Below, piece after piece: positions 1 through 9,683 of a stretch of DNA of 64,000 nucleotides. The position numbers and the translations under genes were made by a program. The DNA is from Thermoanaerobaculia bacterium. GTDB lineage: Bacteria; Acidobacteriota; Thermoanaerobaculia; Multivoradales; JAGPDF01. The notes under the pieces are model-generated. The model was not told the DNA's origin and did not search any database. It saw nothing but the letters and a program-made list of their open reading frames with translations. The first letter of the stretch is position 1. Each line of letters opens with the position of its first letter. The stretch spans positions 216,695 through 280,694 of the forward strand of contig OY969426.1 in NCBI GenBank assembly GCA_963699245.1. The letters are read 5' to 3'.

Positions 1-1
1 C

Positions 2-1583
2 AACACGGGCCAAGCGTTTGAGCACTATGACGACGGGCTCGAACACAGCACGTGGCTTTCAATGATGCGGGAGCGGCTCGAGATTCTGCATCGCTTACTG
101 CATCGCGAAGGTTGCCTATTCGTTCATCTTGACCAGGAAGAGCTGCATTACGCCAAGGTAGTGCTGGACGAAATCTTCCTCAGGCAGAATTTTCTCGGGC
201 AGATCGCCTACGAGAGATCGGGTGTATCCGGTCTCGGGCAGGGCGGCAGCTTTCTTGTGAACACACATGAGTGCATCCTGGCCTATGCCAAGGAGAAAAC
301 GAGCTTCCAGCTGAAGGACGACAGAGGTGCTGCGCCCTTAGAGCTGAAAGACATGAAGCGGTACTCCTCTGTCTTCAACTCCCCGGGTGAGCGGGAGGAG
401 GTTGCTAGGTTCTTCGCTCCGGCAACTGGCGAGCCGGTCGTGATCTTCCGGCATAGGAACTTCGACATTGGATCCATTTCTCTCCGCAAGTATGCAGAAC
501 GAGAACCCGAGATCAGGGCCTCCTACAGCAGGCTTCTTCCTAAGATCTTCCGGACGACGAGCGTCCAAGCCGAGAATGAGTTTCAGACGCGCATCCTCGC
601 TGAGTGTGGGGAAGGGCTTTACTCTGCGGACTATCTCGTTTCCAGAGGGAAGAGGGCTGGCCAGCGCATCACCTCCTATTACCTGAATCGAGGAGTGTTC
701 GCTTGGCTAGCCGATACTGCGGAAGAGCGGGACGGCGAGATTGTAAAAGTGAATCGTCTGTCTGATTTTTGGACTCATGCGGAGCTTCCCAAGGCCGACC
801 TGGCAAACGAGGGTGGAGTCGAGTTCAGGCGAGGCAAGAAGCCCGAAACGCTGCTCAGGCGAATACTCTCGCTCTCAACGACGCGCGGGGATCTTGTCTT
901 GGATTCGTTTGCCGGATCGGGCACGACGGGTGCGGTGGCGCACAAGATGGGCCGTCGCTGGATCATGGTGGAACTGGGCGAGCACTGCCACACGCACATC
1001 ATCCCGCGGCTGAAGAAGGTCATCGACGGGGAGGACCCGGGCGGCGTGACGGAGGCGGTCGGCTGGAAGGGCGGCGGCGGTTTCCGTTACTACCGACTGG
1101 CCCCGTCGCTGCTGGAGAAGGACAGCTTGGGCAACTGGGTCATCAGCAAGGAGTTCAACGCCGCGATGCTGGCCGAGGCGATCTGCAAGCTGGAGGGGTT
1201 CACCTACGCCCCGAGCGAAACCGTCTACTGGCAGCACGGCCAGTCCACCGAGCGCGACTTCATCTACGTCACCACGCAGACGCTCACCCGCGAGCAACTC
1301 GCGCACGCTCAGCGAGGAAGTCGGCGACGAGCGGTCGCTGCTGGTCTGTGCAGCGCGTTCCGCGTCCGAGACGTCGACGCTTTCCCGAACCTGACGGTCA
1401 AGAAGATTCCGAAGGCGGTGCTCTCGCCGTTGCGAATGGGGCAAGGACGACTACAGCCTCGAGATCAAGAACCTGCCGCGCCGCCGAGCCTGAGCCGGAG
1501 CTGCACGCCATTGCCACGCCAGCGCCGCCGCAAGCCGAAATGGCACAACAGCCGCGCCGCTATTCGACGGAGGACGATCATGA
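2..1583 (+). pseudogene. mod: Type III R-M DNA methyltransferase (Mod); 5' end outside window; frame hops needed in last third
   Basis: The frame of ORF 62-1615 stays open back to nt 2 (NTGQAFEHYDDGLEHSTWLSMM). SAM-binding block LDSFAGSGTTGAVAHKMGRRWIMVE. After ~1300 the conserved text (LSEEVGDERSLLVC / AFRVRDVDAFPNLTVKKIPKAVLS / CEWGKDDYSLEIKNLP) is split over three frames. Stop TGA 1581-1583 overlaps the res ATG at 1580 (ATGA). Confidence 0.8.
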
Positions 1584-4315
1584 ACCGCCACGTCAACGCC
1601 ATCGCAATCGCCTGAGCCTCGCCAGCCGCAGCGCGATTCGCTGGAGATCCTCGCCCGGGTGTGCGAAATCGTTTCGCTCGAAGAAGGACGCCGACGTCGG
1701 CGCAGGCGCTGGCGACGATCAAGTCGCGAGTTCCCGACCGTCGACGGACTTCGAGCGCGACTTCCCGTCGCTCTGCTTCGCCCTGGCGACCGGCGTCGGC
1801 AAGACGCGGCTGATGGGCGCGTTCATCGCCTACCTCTACCGCGCCGAGGGCATCCGGCACTTCTTCGTCCTGGCCCCGAACCTGACGATCTACAACAAGC
1901 TGATCGCCGACTTCACGCCGAACACGCCGAAGTACGTCTTCCAGGGCATCGCCGAATTCGCCACCAACCCGCCGGAGATCATCACCGGCGACAACTACGA
2001 GACCGGCCGCGGCGTGCGCGCCGAGCAGCGAGCAGCTGTTCGTTCGGCCGACGAAGCCGATCCACATCAACATCTTCAACATCTCCAAGATCAACCGCGA
2101 GGTCCGCGGCGACAAGGCGCCCCGCATCAAGCGGCTGTCGCGAGTACATCGGCGAAAGCTACTTCGAGTACCTGGCCGAAGCTGGACGACCTGGTGCTGC
2201 TGATGGACGAATCGCACCGCTACCGGGCGATCGGCGGGCGTGCGGGCGATCAACGAACTGCGGCCGATTCTCGGCCTGGAACTGACCGCCACGCCGCAGG
2301 TCGAGAGCGGCAGCCAAGGCCGATCCCGTTCAAGAACGTCATCTACAGCTATCCGCTGGCTCGAGGCGCATGAAGGACGGTTTCGTGAAGGAGCCGGCCG
2401 TCGCCACCCGCGAGAACTTCGACGCCGAAGAACTACACGAAGGAGGGACTGGAGCGGCTGAAGCTGGAGGACGGCATCCATGTCCACGAGAGAGACCAAG
2501 GTCGAGCTGGAAGTGTACGCCCGCGAGAACGACAAGCCGTCGGTGAAGCCATTCATGCTGGTCGTGGCCGAGGACACGACCCATGCCAACGCGCTGCATC
2601 AAGCTGATCGAAGACGAAGCGTTCTTCGAGGGCCGGTACAAGGGCAGGGTGATCGAGGTCCACTCCGAGCAGAGGGGCGAGGAGAAGGACGAGAACGTCC
2701 AGCTGCTTGCTCGACGGTGGAGGACCCGGACAACCCGGTCGAGATCGTCATCCACGTCAACATGCTCAAGGAAGGCTGGGACGTGACCAACCTCTACACG
2801 ATCGTCCCGCTGCGCGCGGCCAACTCGCGGACGCTGGTCGAGCAGTCGATCGGCCGCGGCCTCCGCCTTCCCTACGGCCAACGCACGGGAATTCCCGTCG
2901 ATCGCCTGACCATCGTCTCCCACGACCGCTTCCAGGAGATCATCGACGAGGCGAGGACCGAACTCGATCATCCGTGCGGGTGTCGTCATCGGCCGGGACG
3001 TGCCCGCGAGCCGGACCTTCGTCACTGAGGTGAAGCCGATTCTGCTAGAAGAGCTGAGTGGCGGCGGCCAGGTGAGTCTGCCGTCGTCGGCCACGGGATC
3101 TCCCCAGCCTCCACTGTTCGCGACGCCTGCAGAGTGTGCGGTCGCCAAAAAGACGTATCAGGTGATTCAGGAGCAATTCAGCCACTTGCCCTCTCTTTCG
3201 AAGCTCGCGTGGCCCGGCGTCAAGGCGAAATTGATTCAAGCGGTCGAGGCGGAGTCTTTGCCGAGACAGGCGGTCCTGGACGGGGCGCCAACGCCGCCGA
3301 CTATCGCGGCAACGATTGAGAAGGTCCTCGATCGGCTTCAGGCCTTGTTCATCGGCATCCCGCGGATCGTCGTTGTACCAAAGGGTCAGCAGACGGGCCG
3401 CTTCCGTCCGTTCGCCCTCAATCTCGACAACCTTCGCTTTCAGCCCGTCGAGAATCAGATTCTGCTTCAACACCTCCGAACGGAACGAGTAGAACGGGTC
3501 GAGCGAGGTCGAGTCCATTGCCGATGAGGTCCGGCCGGAGGACTTCATCGTTCGCGGGTTGATCGACTACAACGATGTGAACTACGACGATCACGCGGAG
3601 GTTCTCTACGAGCTCGCTGGCCAGGTCGTCCAACATGTCGCGAGTTACATTTCAGACGAGGACAGCCAGAGAAACGTGCTTCGATATCACCAGAAAGCGC
3701 TTGCGAGCGAAGTTCACGAGCAGATGCTCCAACATTTCGATGAATCGACGACAGAGTACGAAGTCAAGGTCACGAGGGGCTTCATCGACCTGCCGACGTC
3801 AACGGTTTCGTCGACCGAGAGTTCACCGCGAGACTTTCGACTCGTCCTTGAGGACAAGTCGAAGATCAGGCAGCTGACGTTCTCTGGCTTCGAGCGTTCC
3901 TACTATCCGGATCGAGAAGTTCGAGTCGGATCCGGAGAGGCGATTCGCCGTTGTTATCGACAAGGATGCGCAGGTCAGACGGTGGCTCCGCCCTAAGAAG
4001 GGAGTAGTCCGCATCTTCCACCAGCAGGAAGAGGAGTACGTTCCGGATTTCGTGGTCGAGACAGTGGGGCGGAAGTATCTCTGCGAGATCAAGGATGAGG
4101 ATTCGCTTGAGGATGCGGAAGTCGAAGCCAAGGCTCAGGCTGCGATTCTGTGGTGTCAGCGCGCCTCTGACTTCGCCGCAGAGAACGGCGACAAGCCATG
4201 GACCTATCTCCTGATTCCTGGGCAGGCGGTTGCGAGAATCGCAGCGTGGAGTGGCTTGCGCAGCTGTATGCACGATCGAGTTAGGCAGAGGACTTCGATC
4301 GGGAAGGTGAGGTAG
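1580..4315 (+). pseudogene. res: Type III restriction enzyme Res subunit (SF2 helicase + nuclease); more than 10 frame changes in this assembly
   Basis: ATG 1580 (MNRHVNAIAI / RLSL / RQPQRDSLEILARVCEIVSLE). Helicase motif I FALATGVGKTRLMG, motif II LLMDESHRY, LELTATPQ, VIHVNMLKEGWDVTNLYTIVPLRAANSRTLVEQSIGRGLRLPYG, and C-terminal VETVGRKYLCEIK...KPWTYLLIP. The pieces are spread over ORFs 769-2373, 1659-2285, 2240-2461, 2480-3028, 2583-2786, 3000-3527, 3559-3996 and 4052-4315. Confidence 0.8.
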
Positions 4316-4317
4316 AG

Positions 4318-5351
4318 ATGGCCAAATCCGATGCTCCCATCTGGGGAATTCATGCCGGCAAGACCGGTGACGCCGATAAATTGTTCTTGAAGCTCGGGCG
4401 AGTAGCTCTCGGATGGGAGAAGGTGGGCGACTTAGGGTCTGCGAGCGGATCGCGAGGCGTTCAAGAAAGCCATTGTGCGGCCTATCCAAACTCCAAGCCG
4501 GGTGCCATCCCTGGAAACGCAGGCCAGCTCTTCAGGTTCGTTCACGAGATGAAGGAAGGCGATCTGATCGCTTATCCTCGAAGGTGGTCGAATCGATTCA
4601 CCTCGGCCGTATTGATGGCCCTTATTTGTATGACCCAGGGACGGAGCCCGGATATCCGAACCAGCGGTCGGCGAAGTGGTTGAAGGCACTCCCTCGGAAA
4701 TTTCTTTAGTCAGGGTGCCTTGTATGAGATCGGCGCGGCGATGAGCCTTTTCCAGATCAAGAACTACTCGGAGGAGTTCCGCTCTCGAGTTGAGGAGACG
4801 AAGACTGAGAGCCCACAAGCTGGCGTTGATGTCCGACGGTGGCCATCGTCGCGGAGGAGATCGAACAGACCACGCGCGATTTCGTACTGAAGAGGCTGGC
4901 CCAGGAGCTCAAGGGGTACCCGCTTGCAGAATTCGTCGCGCACCTTCTGGGGGCGCGATGGGAGATCGAACTCGAGTGTCACGCGAGGGGCCAGACGGTG
5001 GGGATCGACATCGTTGCGCACAAGGACGAGCTCGGTTTCGACTCGCCCATCATCAGAAGTTCGGAGGTAAAGAGTGGAGAGGGGAGCGTCGGAGGCCGGT
5101 TGTTTCGGCGCTCTACGGACAAGTCGGCACCAGCGAGTTCGGCCTTCTGGTCACTCTTGGGACGATCACCAGCCAAAGCCCGCACATCCGCGAAGAGCAA
5201 GAGTAACCGGCGGCTAGTCGACGGCCACGAGCTCGTTCAACTCGCGCTTGATCACTACGAGCACTTCGACTCTCGTACAAGGGGCTCCTCCCGATGTAAG
5301 GGTCTATGTCCCGAGCCGATTGAGGAAGAAGAGCTGAATAGGGTGGCCTGA
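4318..5351 (+). pseudogene. Mrr-family restriction endonuclease with N-terminal accessory domain; frameshifted
   Basis: ATG 4318 lies 2 nt after the res stop. N-terminal IWGIHAGKTGDADKLFLKLGRVALGWEKVGDL. The catalytic half is readable across ORFs 4839-5351 and 4790-5206 (EEIEQTTRDFVLKRLAQELKGYPLAEFVAHLLGA, GIDIVAHKDELGFDSPII, SALYGQVGTSEFGLLVTLGTITSQ, VDGHELVQLALDHYEHFD), which matches the Mrr_cat layout. Confidence 0.65.
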
Positions 5352-5370
5352 ATCTTCGGCCAGCCTCGCC

Positions 5371-6079
5371 TTGGGCGCGTTCGGCGAGAAGAACGGCGCG
5401 GCGACGTTCGAGGAGATGCGGCGGCGCATCGCGCACTACCGGCGCGCCGAGGTCACGCCGCGCGAGGATCCGCGCTTCAAAATGAGAAATTCGGCCGCAT
5501 CGTGCTCGCGCAGCCGTTCTTCTTCGACGAGCTTGATTGGATTCCGATACCGAAGGACTTCAAGCTCCACACCGTCGTCGGCAAGACCTACGACACGCGG
5601 GAAGGAGAGGGGAGAGGACTCTGGGAGCGCGTCGCGGCGCTGCTCAGGACGCTCCAGCCGCTCGCGGTCGCCGAGCCGCAGAGCGAGATGTTCGGCGAGC
5701 CGGTGCTGGTGCGGCCGCGGCTCGGGCAGGGGTCGTTCCGCGTCCTGGTGACCGATACCTACCGGCGCCGCTGCGCGGTGACCGGCGAGAAGGCGCTGCC
5801 GGTGCTCAGCGGCCCACATCCAGCTCGTCGCCGAAGGCGGCCAGCACCAGATCGCCAACGGCCTGCTGCTGCGCTCCGACATCCACACCCTCTTCGACCG
5901 CGGCTACACTCCGTCACGCCCTCGGCACAAGATCCTCGTCAGCCGGAAGCTCAAGGAGGACTACGACAACGGCGAGCCCACTACCCGCTCGCCGGCCGCG
6001 AGATTCGGCCGCCGCCGTCGCCCGACGAACGGCCGCGGAGGTCCTCGAGCGGCACGCGGAGAGCGTGTACCGCGGCTGA
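5371..6079 (+). pseudogene. HNH endonuclease (HNH_2-like), apparently 5'-truncated and frameshifted
   Basis: Pieces in ORFs 5371-5751, 5502-6128 and 5537-6079: FGEKNGAATFEEMRRRIAHYRR, VLAQPFFFDELDWIPIPKDFKLHTVVGKTYDTREGEGRGLWERV, RLGQGSFRVLVTDTYRRRCAVTGEKALPVL, LLLRSDIHTLFDRGY, YYPLAGREIR. From memory, homologues carry about 100 more N-terminal residues. There is no room for them here because the Mrr gene ends at ~5351. Confidence 0.6.
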
Positions 6080-6193
6080 CGGCCCGCGCTGCGAGCGCAG
6101 CTGGTCGATCGAACCCTCTGCAAGTTGAAGCCGTCCGATTCCGTCCAGATAAGGGGGAGGCAGGAGCTCTCCGGGCCTGGAAGGGGATCGGAA

Positions 6194-6216
6194 TGATATA
6201 TCGAATACGGTAATAC
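6194..6216 (+). promoter_or_regulatory. Conserved promoter/operator box, copy A (TGATATATCGAATACGGTAATAC; contains palindrome GATATATC)
   Basis: Near-identical box at 13465-13486 directly upstream of the Gp49-like toxin gene. The surrounding ~95 bp (6121-6216 vs 13394-13486) align at roughly 85% by eye. Confidence 0.5.
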
Positions 6217-6221
6217 GTGCG

Positions 6222-6250
6222 CGCTGCGGCGCCGGCTGCGCGCCGCAGCG
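6222..6250. repeat. Perfect 11-bp-stem hairpin (CGCTGCGGCGC-N7-GCGCCGCAGCG) occupying the position of the missing toxin gene
   Basis: Read directly: 6222-6232 is the reverse complement of 6240-6250. It sits between the conserved promoter box and the antitoxin ATG at 6272. In copy B the 381-bp toxin gene is in this position. Confidence 0.7.
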
Positions 6251-6271
6251 GCCGACATGACGAGGAGCGAC

Positions 6272-6599
6272 ATGGCAAAAAAGACTGAGCGGATCGAAGT
6301 CGGCACGGGCAACGTCTTCCGGGACCTCGGTCTCAGCGAACCGGACGAGCGACAGCTGAGAACGTGCCTTGCCCTGCAAATCAACGACATCATCGCCGAG
6401 CGAAGCTCGCGCAACGCGAGTCGCCGGGCTGCTCGGCATTCCCAGCCGCACGCTCCGAGCTCGAGCACGACAAGCTCTCGAGATTTTCCTCGGAGCGCCT
6501 GCTGCGCTTTCTGACCTGCCTCGACCGCGACGTCGAGATCGTCATCCGGCCGAAGGCCGGGCGGAGAGCCGGGGGATGCTGTCGGTATCGGTGGCGTAG
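6272..6599 (+). pseudogene. XRE-family HTH antitoxin, copy A (frameshifted; cognate Gp49-like toxin absent)
   Basis: MAKKTERIEVGTGNVFRDLGLSEPDERQLRTCLALQINDIIAER, then a frame change, then LSRFSSERLLRFLTCLDRDVEIVIRPKAGR. Collinear with the intact copy at 13857-14195. Confidence 0.7.
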
Positions 6600-6634
6600 C
6601 TTTCGAATCGGGAGCAGGAGAAAAGATACTGAAA

Positions 6635-6902
6635 ATGTGGAGGACTGAAGGTCGCAGACCCTGCACGGGATTGATTCGGGGTCTGGACCGTCGAATTCCC
6701 GAGGATGGCGTGCGGGGGGGATCGTGGATCTGAGCCGCGACCTCTGGGGACCGATGTTCAGCCGCTGAAGGATCCCGAGTACTTCGCCAAGGCATTTCTC
6801 GACGAGGAGCGGCGTCGTCTGCGTGGCCACACGGTGCTCGACTGGGCGCCGGACGCTCATGTACGAGGGACCTCGTGCGCGGGCGGTTCGGTCGTTCGGT
6901 AG
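6635..6902 (+). pseudogene. DUF2442-family protein, copy A (indel-riddled)
   Basis: The DNA aligns with 12889-13140. Copy A shows extra bases in runs (gaattcccgagg, gcggggggga). DLSRDLWGPMF..LKDPEYFAKAFLDE is still readable. Confidence 0.6.
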
Positions 6903-6932
6903 CCGGCGGAAGTCGGCGGCGGACGGCCATTT

Positions 6933-7270
6933 TCAGCGCAACTGCTCGACCCTCACCCCGAGCGCCTTGGCGAGGCGGAGGAGGGTGGCGCGGCGGGGGC
7001 GGGCGCGGGGGGATTCGAGCTGGGAGAGGGCGGGCTGGCTGATGCCCAGGCGCGCGGCGACCTCCGCCTGCGTCAGCTCGAGGATCCGCCAGGCGCGGCG
7101 GAGCGAGAGGCCGTCGATCAGGTGGAGGCGCATGACCTCGTCGGCACCGCGTCGCCGGCCGGAATTCGCGGGCGGGTGGCGAGCAGGCGGAGGTAGGTCG
7201 CGTAGGGCACCACCGCGAAGGCGGGCTTGCCGTCCTGGAAAATCGTCTGGACTTCAGTCGGTGTGCTCAT
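6933..7270 (-). pseudogene. Antitoxin with C-terminal XRE HTH (one frame change)
   Basis: ATG at 7270: MSTPTEVQTIFQDGKPAFAVVPYATYLRLLA. After a frame change: MRLHLIDGLSLRRAWRILELTQAEVAARLGISQPALSQLES...LAKALGVRVEQLR. Overlaps the upstream relE stop by 17 nt. Confidence 0.65.
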
Positions 7271-7510
7271 CGCGTTTCCGGATCTCCTGCACGAGAACGA
7301 TGCTGCCGATCGCGTCGACATCGAGCAATACCCGATAGCGGCCGACACGCAAGCGATCGCCGTACCGGTGCTTGCGAAGCGCTTCCAGGCCGGGTACCTC
7401 GGGAAACCAGACAGCTTGCCGATGGCCTCGAAGAGCCGGTGCTGGTCTCGCGATCGCCGAGCTTGGCGAGCTGTCGGCGTGCCCGGAAGCTCCAGTCGAT
7501 CGCGTACATA
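7254..7510 (-). pseudogene. relE: RelE/ParE-family toxin (two frame changes)
   Basis: MYAIDWSFRARRQLAKLGDRE / QHRLFEAIGKLSGFP / EVPGLEALRKHRYGDRLRVGRYRVLLDVDAIGSIVLVQEIRKRDEHTD. The YRLRVGDYRV-type core is typical of RelE/ParE. Confidence 0.7.
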
Positions 7511-7600
7511 AGGCGAGATAAAACCTGGGCCGAAGAGCAAGCCCGGTGGCATGGCGCCGCTGACCATGGAGAGACGGGCATCGCGGCGACTCTTCCTGGC

Positions 7601-7680
7601 GGCCTAACCGCCCAGGCGGCTCCTTTGAGCCGCCTGGTCCAGCGTCTACCCCGACTCGGCGGCAGCGGCTCGCGGCGATC
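7601..7680 (+). pseudogene. 3' remnant of a COG2944/NadS-like antitoxin gene
   Basis: ggcctaaccgcccaggcggctcctttgagccgcctggtccagcgtctaccccgactcggcggcagcggctcgcggcgatc aligns with the 3' end of the intact gene at 12444-12520, including an identical 19-mer gcagcggctcgcggcgatc. Confidence 0.6.
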
Positions 7681-7709
7681 GACAATCCGTTCTTGAAGGA
7701 GTGCGGGCC

Positions 7710-8048
7710 ATGCTTCCCGAGAATCGCATCCCGACTCATCCCGGCGAGATCCTGGGCGAGCAATTCCTCAAGCCCCTGGGCATCTCGCAGGTCGCCCTGG
7801 CGGCGCATCTCGGCATTCCGGTGCAGCGCGTCAACGAGATCGTGCGCGGCAAGCGGGGAGTCACTCCGGACACCGCGTGGAAGCTGGCGCAAGCCTTCGA
7901 GACCTCTCCCGAGTTCTGGATCAACCTGCAGGCGAACCACGACCTGGCGAAGAATCGGCCCGGTGGCAAGGTGAAGAGCCTTCTCGCGACGAGCGAGCTG
8001 AGTCGCAAGGAGCTCACGCTTTCCTGGACAGGAACGCGTGCCGGGTGA
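7710..8048 (+). CDS. higA: HigA-family HTH antitoxin, orphan copy (no higB; 3' indel extends the ORF)
   Basis: MLPENRIPTHPGEILGEQFLKPLGISQVALAAHLGIPVQRVNEIVRGKRGVTPDTAWKLAQAFETSPEFWINLQANHDL. 7696-8001 aligns with 9670-9974. Only ttcttgaaggag (the last codons of higB plus the RBS) remains upstream. A 1-nt difference near 7990 removes the ancestral stop. Confidence 0.8.
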   Translation: MLPENRIPTHPGEILGEQFLKPLGISQVALAAHLGIPVQRVNEIVRGKRGVTPDTAWKLAQAFETSPEFWINLQANHDLAKNRPGGKVKSLLATSELSRKELTLSWTGTRAG

Positions 8049-8077
8049 GCACGAAGCCCTGACCGCATGCTCGCCCG

Positions 8078-8609
8078 TCAGCCCGCCGAGGCGTCGGGCG
8101 GCCGGCCGAACTCGAGGGCGTAGAGCCTCTCCCCAAGCTGGCTCGCGACTTCGAAGAACCGCTCGTACGCCTTCAGCGCCTTCCAGCCCGCCTCCTGGGT
8201 CAGCACCTTGAGCGCCGGGTCGTCCGGCTTCTCGTCGGGGATGTCGCGGGCGGATCATCATCTGGCGATAGTTCTCCATGTGCTCGTCGACGTGGCTGCA
8301 CTGGAGGACGAGCTTCACGCGCGAGCGGTGAAACTCGCCGGCGGCGAGGAGGTCGGCGAGCTCGAGGAGCTCCTTGTGGACGTCCAAGAAGAGCTCCTCG
8401 GCGAAAGGCCGGACGACCCCTTCGACCTCGGCCTTGCGGCCGGGGTCGGCGTCGAGCTTGGGGAGCTCGCCGAGGATGAAGCGCAGCTCGCGCTGCATCG
8501 CGCGCTCGGCATGGAGCAGCCGGGTCACGAGATCCTCGTTCGAGGGGTCATGGTGCGGGGCGGGACGGGGGAACTTCGGGGACGGGTTCGCGGAGCGATC
8601 GTCGGTCAT
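8078..8609 (-). pseudogene. Hypothetical protein Y (one frame change near 8250), distal gene of a two-gene cassette
   Basis: ATG at 8609: MTDDRSANPSPKFPRPAPHHDPSNEDLVTRLLHAERAMQRELRFILGELPKLDADPGRKAEVEG...SHVDEHMENYRQMM, then ARDIPDEKPDDPALKVLTQEAGWKALKAYERFFEVASQLGERLYALEFG in another frame. No family recognised. Confidence 0.45.
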
Positions 8610-8623
8610 GGCGTCGCCTCCGC

Positions 8624-8965
8624 TCAGTTCCACGGCTTCGTGCGCGCGGCGCTCGCGGCGAGCTCGCGCTCGAGCCCGGCGACGGCCGGGCTCGCGGGAT
8701 CGAGGGGAGTCCAGCAAGGGTCGTTGGCGGCGCTCGGGGAGGAGCGAGAGGACCGCGGCGCGGAAACGATCCGCGGCCTCCGGGCCGTAGAGCACGATGC
8801 GGTGGCCGCTCCTGTGGCCGAGGAAGCCGCGCCCGGAGACCGCGCGCTCGAACTCGCGGAGCGGGTCGGTGCCGGCGCGGGGGCGCGGGCGTGGGCCTCG
8901 GCCCAGAGGCCGAGCGGGTCACGGCGGTGGTTGTAGAGGAGGTCGAACGGGTGCGGGGTCGTCAT
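8624..8965 (-). pseudogene. Hypothetical protein X (frame changes), proximal gene of the X/Y cassette
   Basis: AGGGAG RBS, then ATG at 8965: MTTPHPFDLLYNHRRDPLGLWAEAHA / GTDPLREFERAVSGRGFLGHRSGHRIVLYGPEAADRFRAAVLSLLP / AANDPCWTPLDPASPAVAGLERELAASAARTKPWN. The stop at 8624 lies inside the first codons of Y (16-nt overlap). Confidence 0.4.
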
Positions 8966-9376
8966 GGGCATCTCCCTGCACCGGGGAAATCGGCCCCTCC
9001 GAGACGACGCGAGCCCGCCCTCCGCGCACCGGAGGAGCGGGCTCATCCGCTCCGGACTCTTGCCTGCTTGTCGCAACCGGCCGCGCCGCCGCGACCGCAT
9101 CCCCGCTTTCGCGGGAAGGCACCTTGGGTGTCCGTTCCCAGGTTGCCGGGCCCTCGTGGGGCCGCTCCCGATGCAGGTTCAGTGTCTCGCAAGTCGGAGC
9201 GGAGAGCAACTGCCGACCGCAGCGGGCGCTTGCGATCCCGCAAGCCGACGGCGCCCGGTTCCGTCCTGAGAGGGCATGAGCATGTCGAGTGCGGTCTTGG
9301 ACCGGAGCGCAGCCAGGTCGCCTTCAGCAGAAGCTCATTGCTGGATTCACGGTAACCGTGCAATCATGCTGGTTCG

Positions 9377-9670
9377 ATGATCGCTTCGTTCGGCGATGCG
9401 GCGACCGAAGATCTCTTCCACGGAAGATCGACCGCGAGAGTCCGGCGGTTTCCGGTGGAGGTCGTGCGGGCAGCGGTCCGGAGACTGGATGCGCTCCATG
9501 CCGCGACGGGACCTGGCGATCTGCGCTCGCCGCCCGGCAATCGCCTCGAAGTCTTGCGGGGCCGCCTGCGCGGTTTCCACAGCATTCGGGTCAACGACCA
9601 GTGGCGGATCGTCTTTCGCTGGCGCGAGAAGGACGCCAGCGAAGTTCGGCTGACCGACTACCCTTCGTGA
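9377..9670 (+). CDS. higB: HigB toxin (RelE/ParE superfamily, plasmid-maintenance killer type)
   Basis: Intact 97-aa ORF: FGDAATEDLFHGRSTARVRRFP...GNRLEVLRGRLRGFHSIRVNDQWRIVFRW. Followed by AAGGAG and higA 13 nt downstream. Confidence 0.85.
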   Translation: MIASFGDAATEDLFHGRSTARVRRFPVEVVRAAVRRLDALHAATGPGDLRSPPGNRLEVLRGRLRGFHSIRVNDQWRIVFRWREKDASEVRLTDYPS

Positions 9671-9683
9671 AGGAGAGTGGACC

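Noticed and set aside
7613-7636. 9-bp perfect hairpin CAGGCGGCT-cctttg-AGCCGCCTG upstream of the orphan higA, first read as a terminator or attenuator
   Set aside because: The same stretch aligns to the coding 3' end of the intact NadS-like antitoxin gene (12455-12480 region), so it is a gene remnant. It also has no T-tract.
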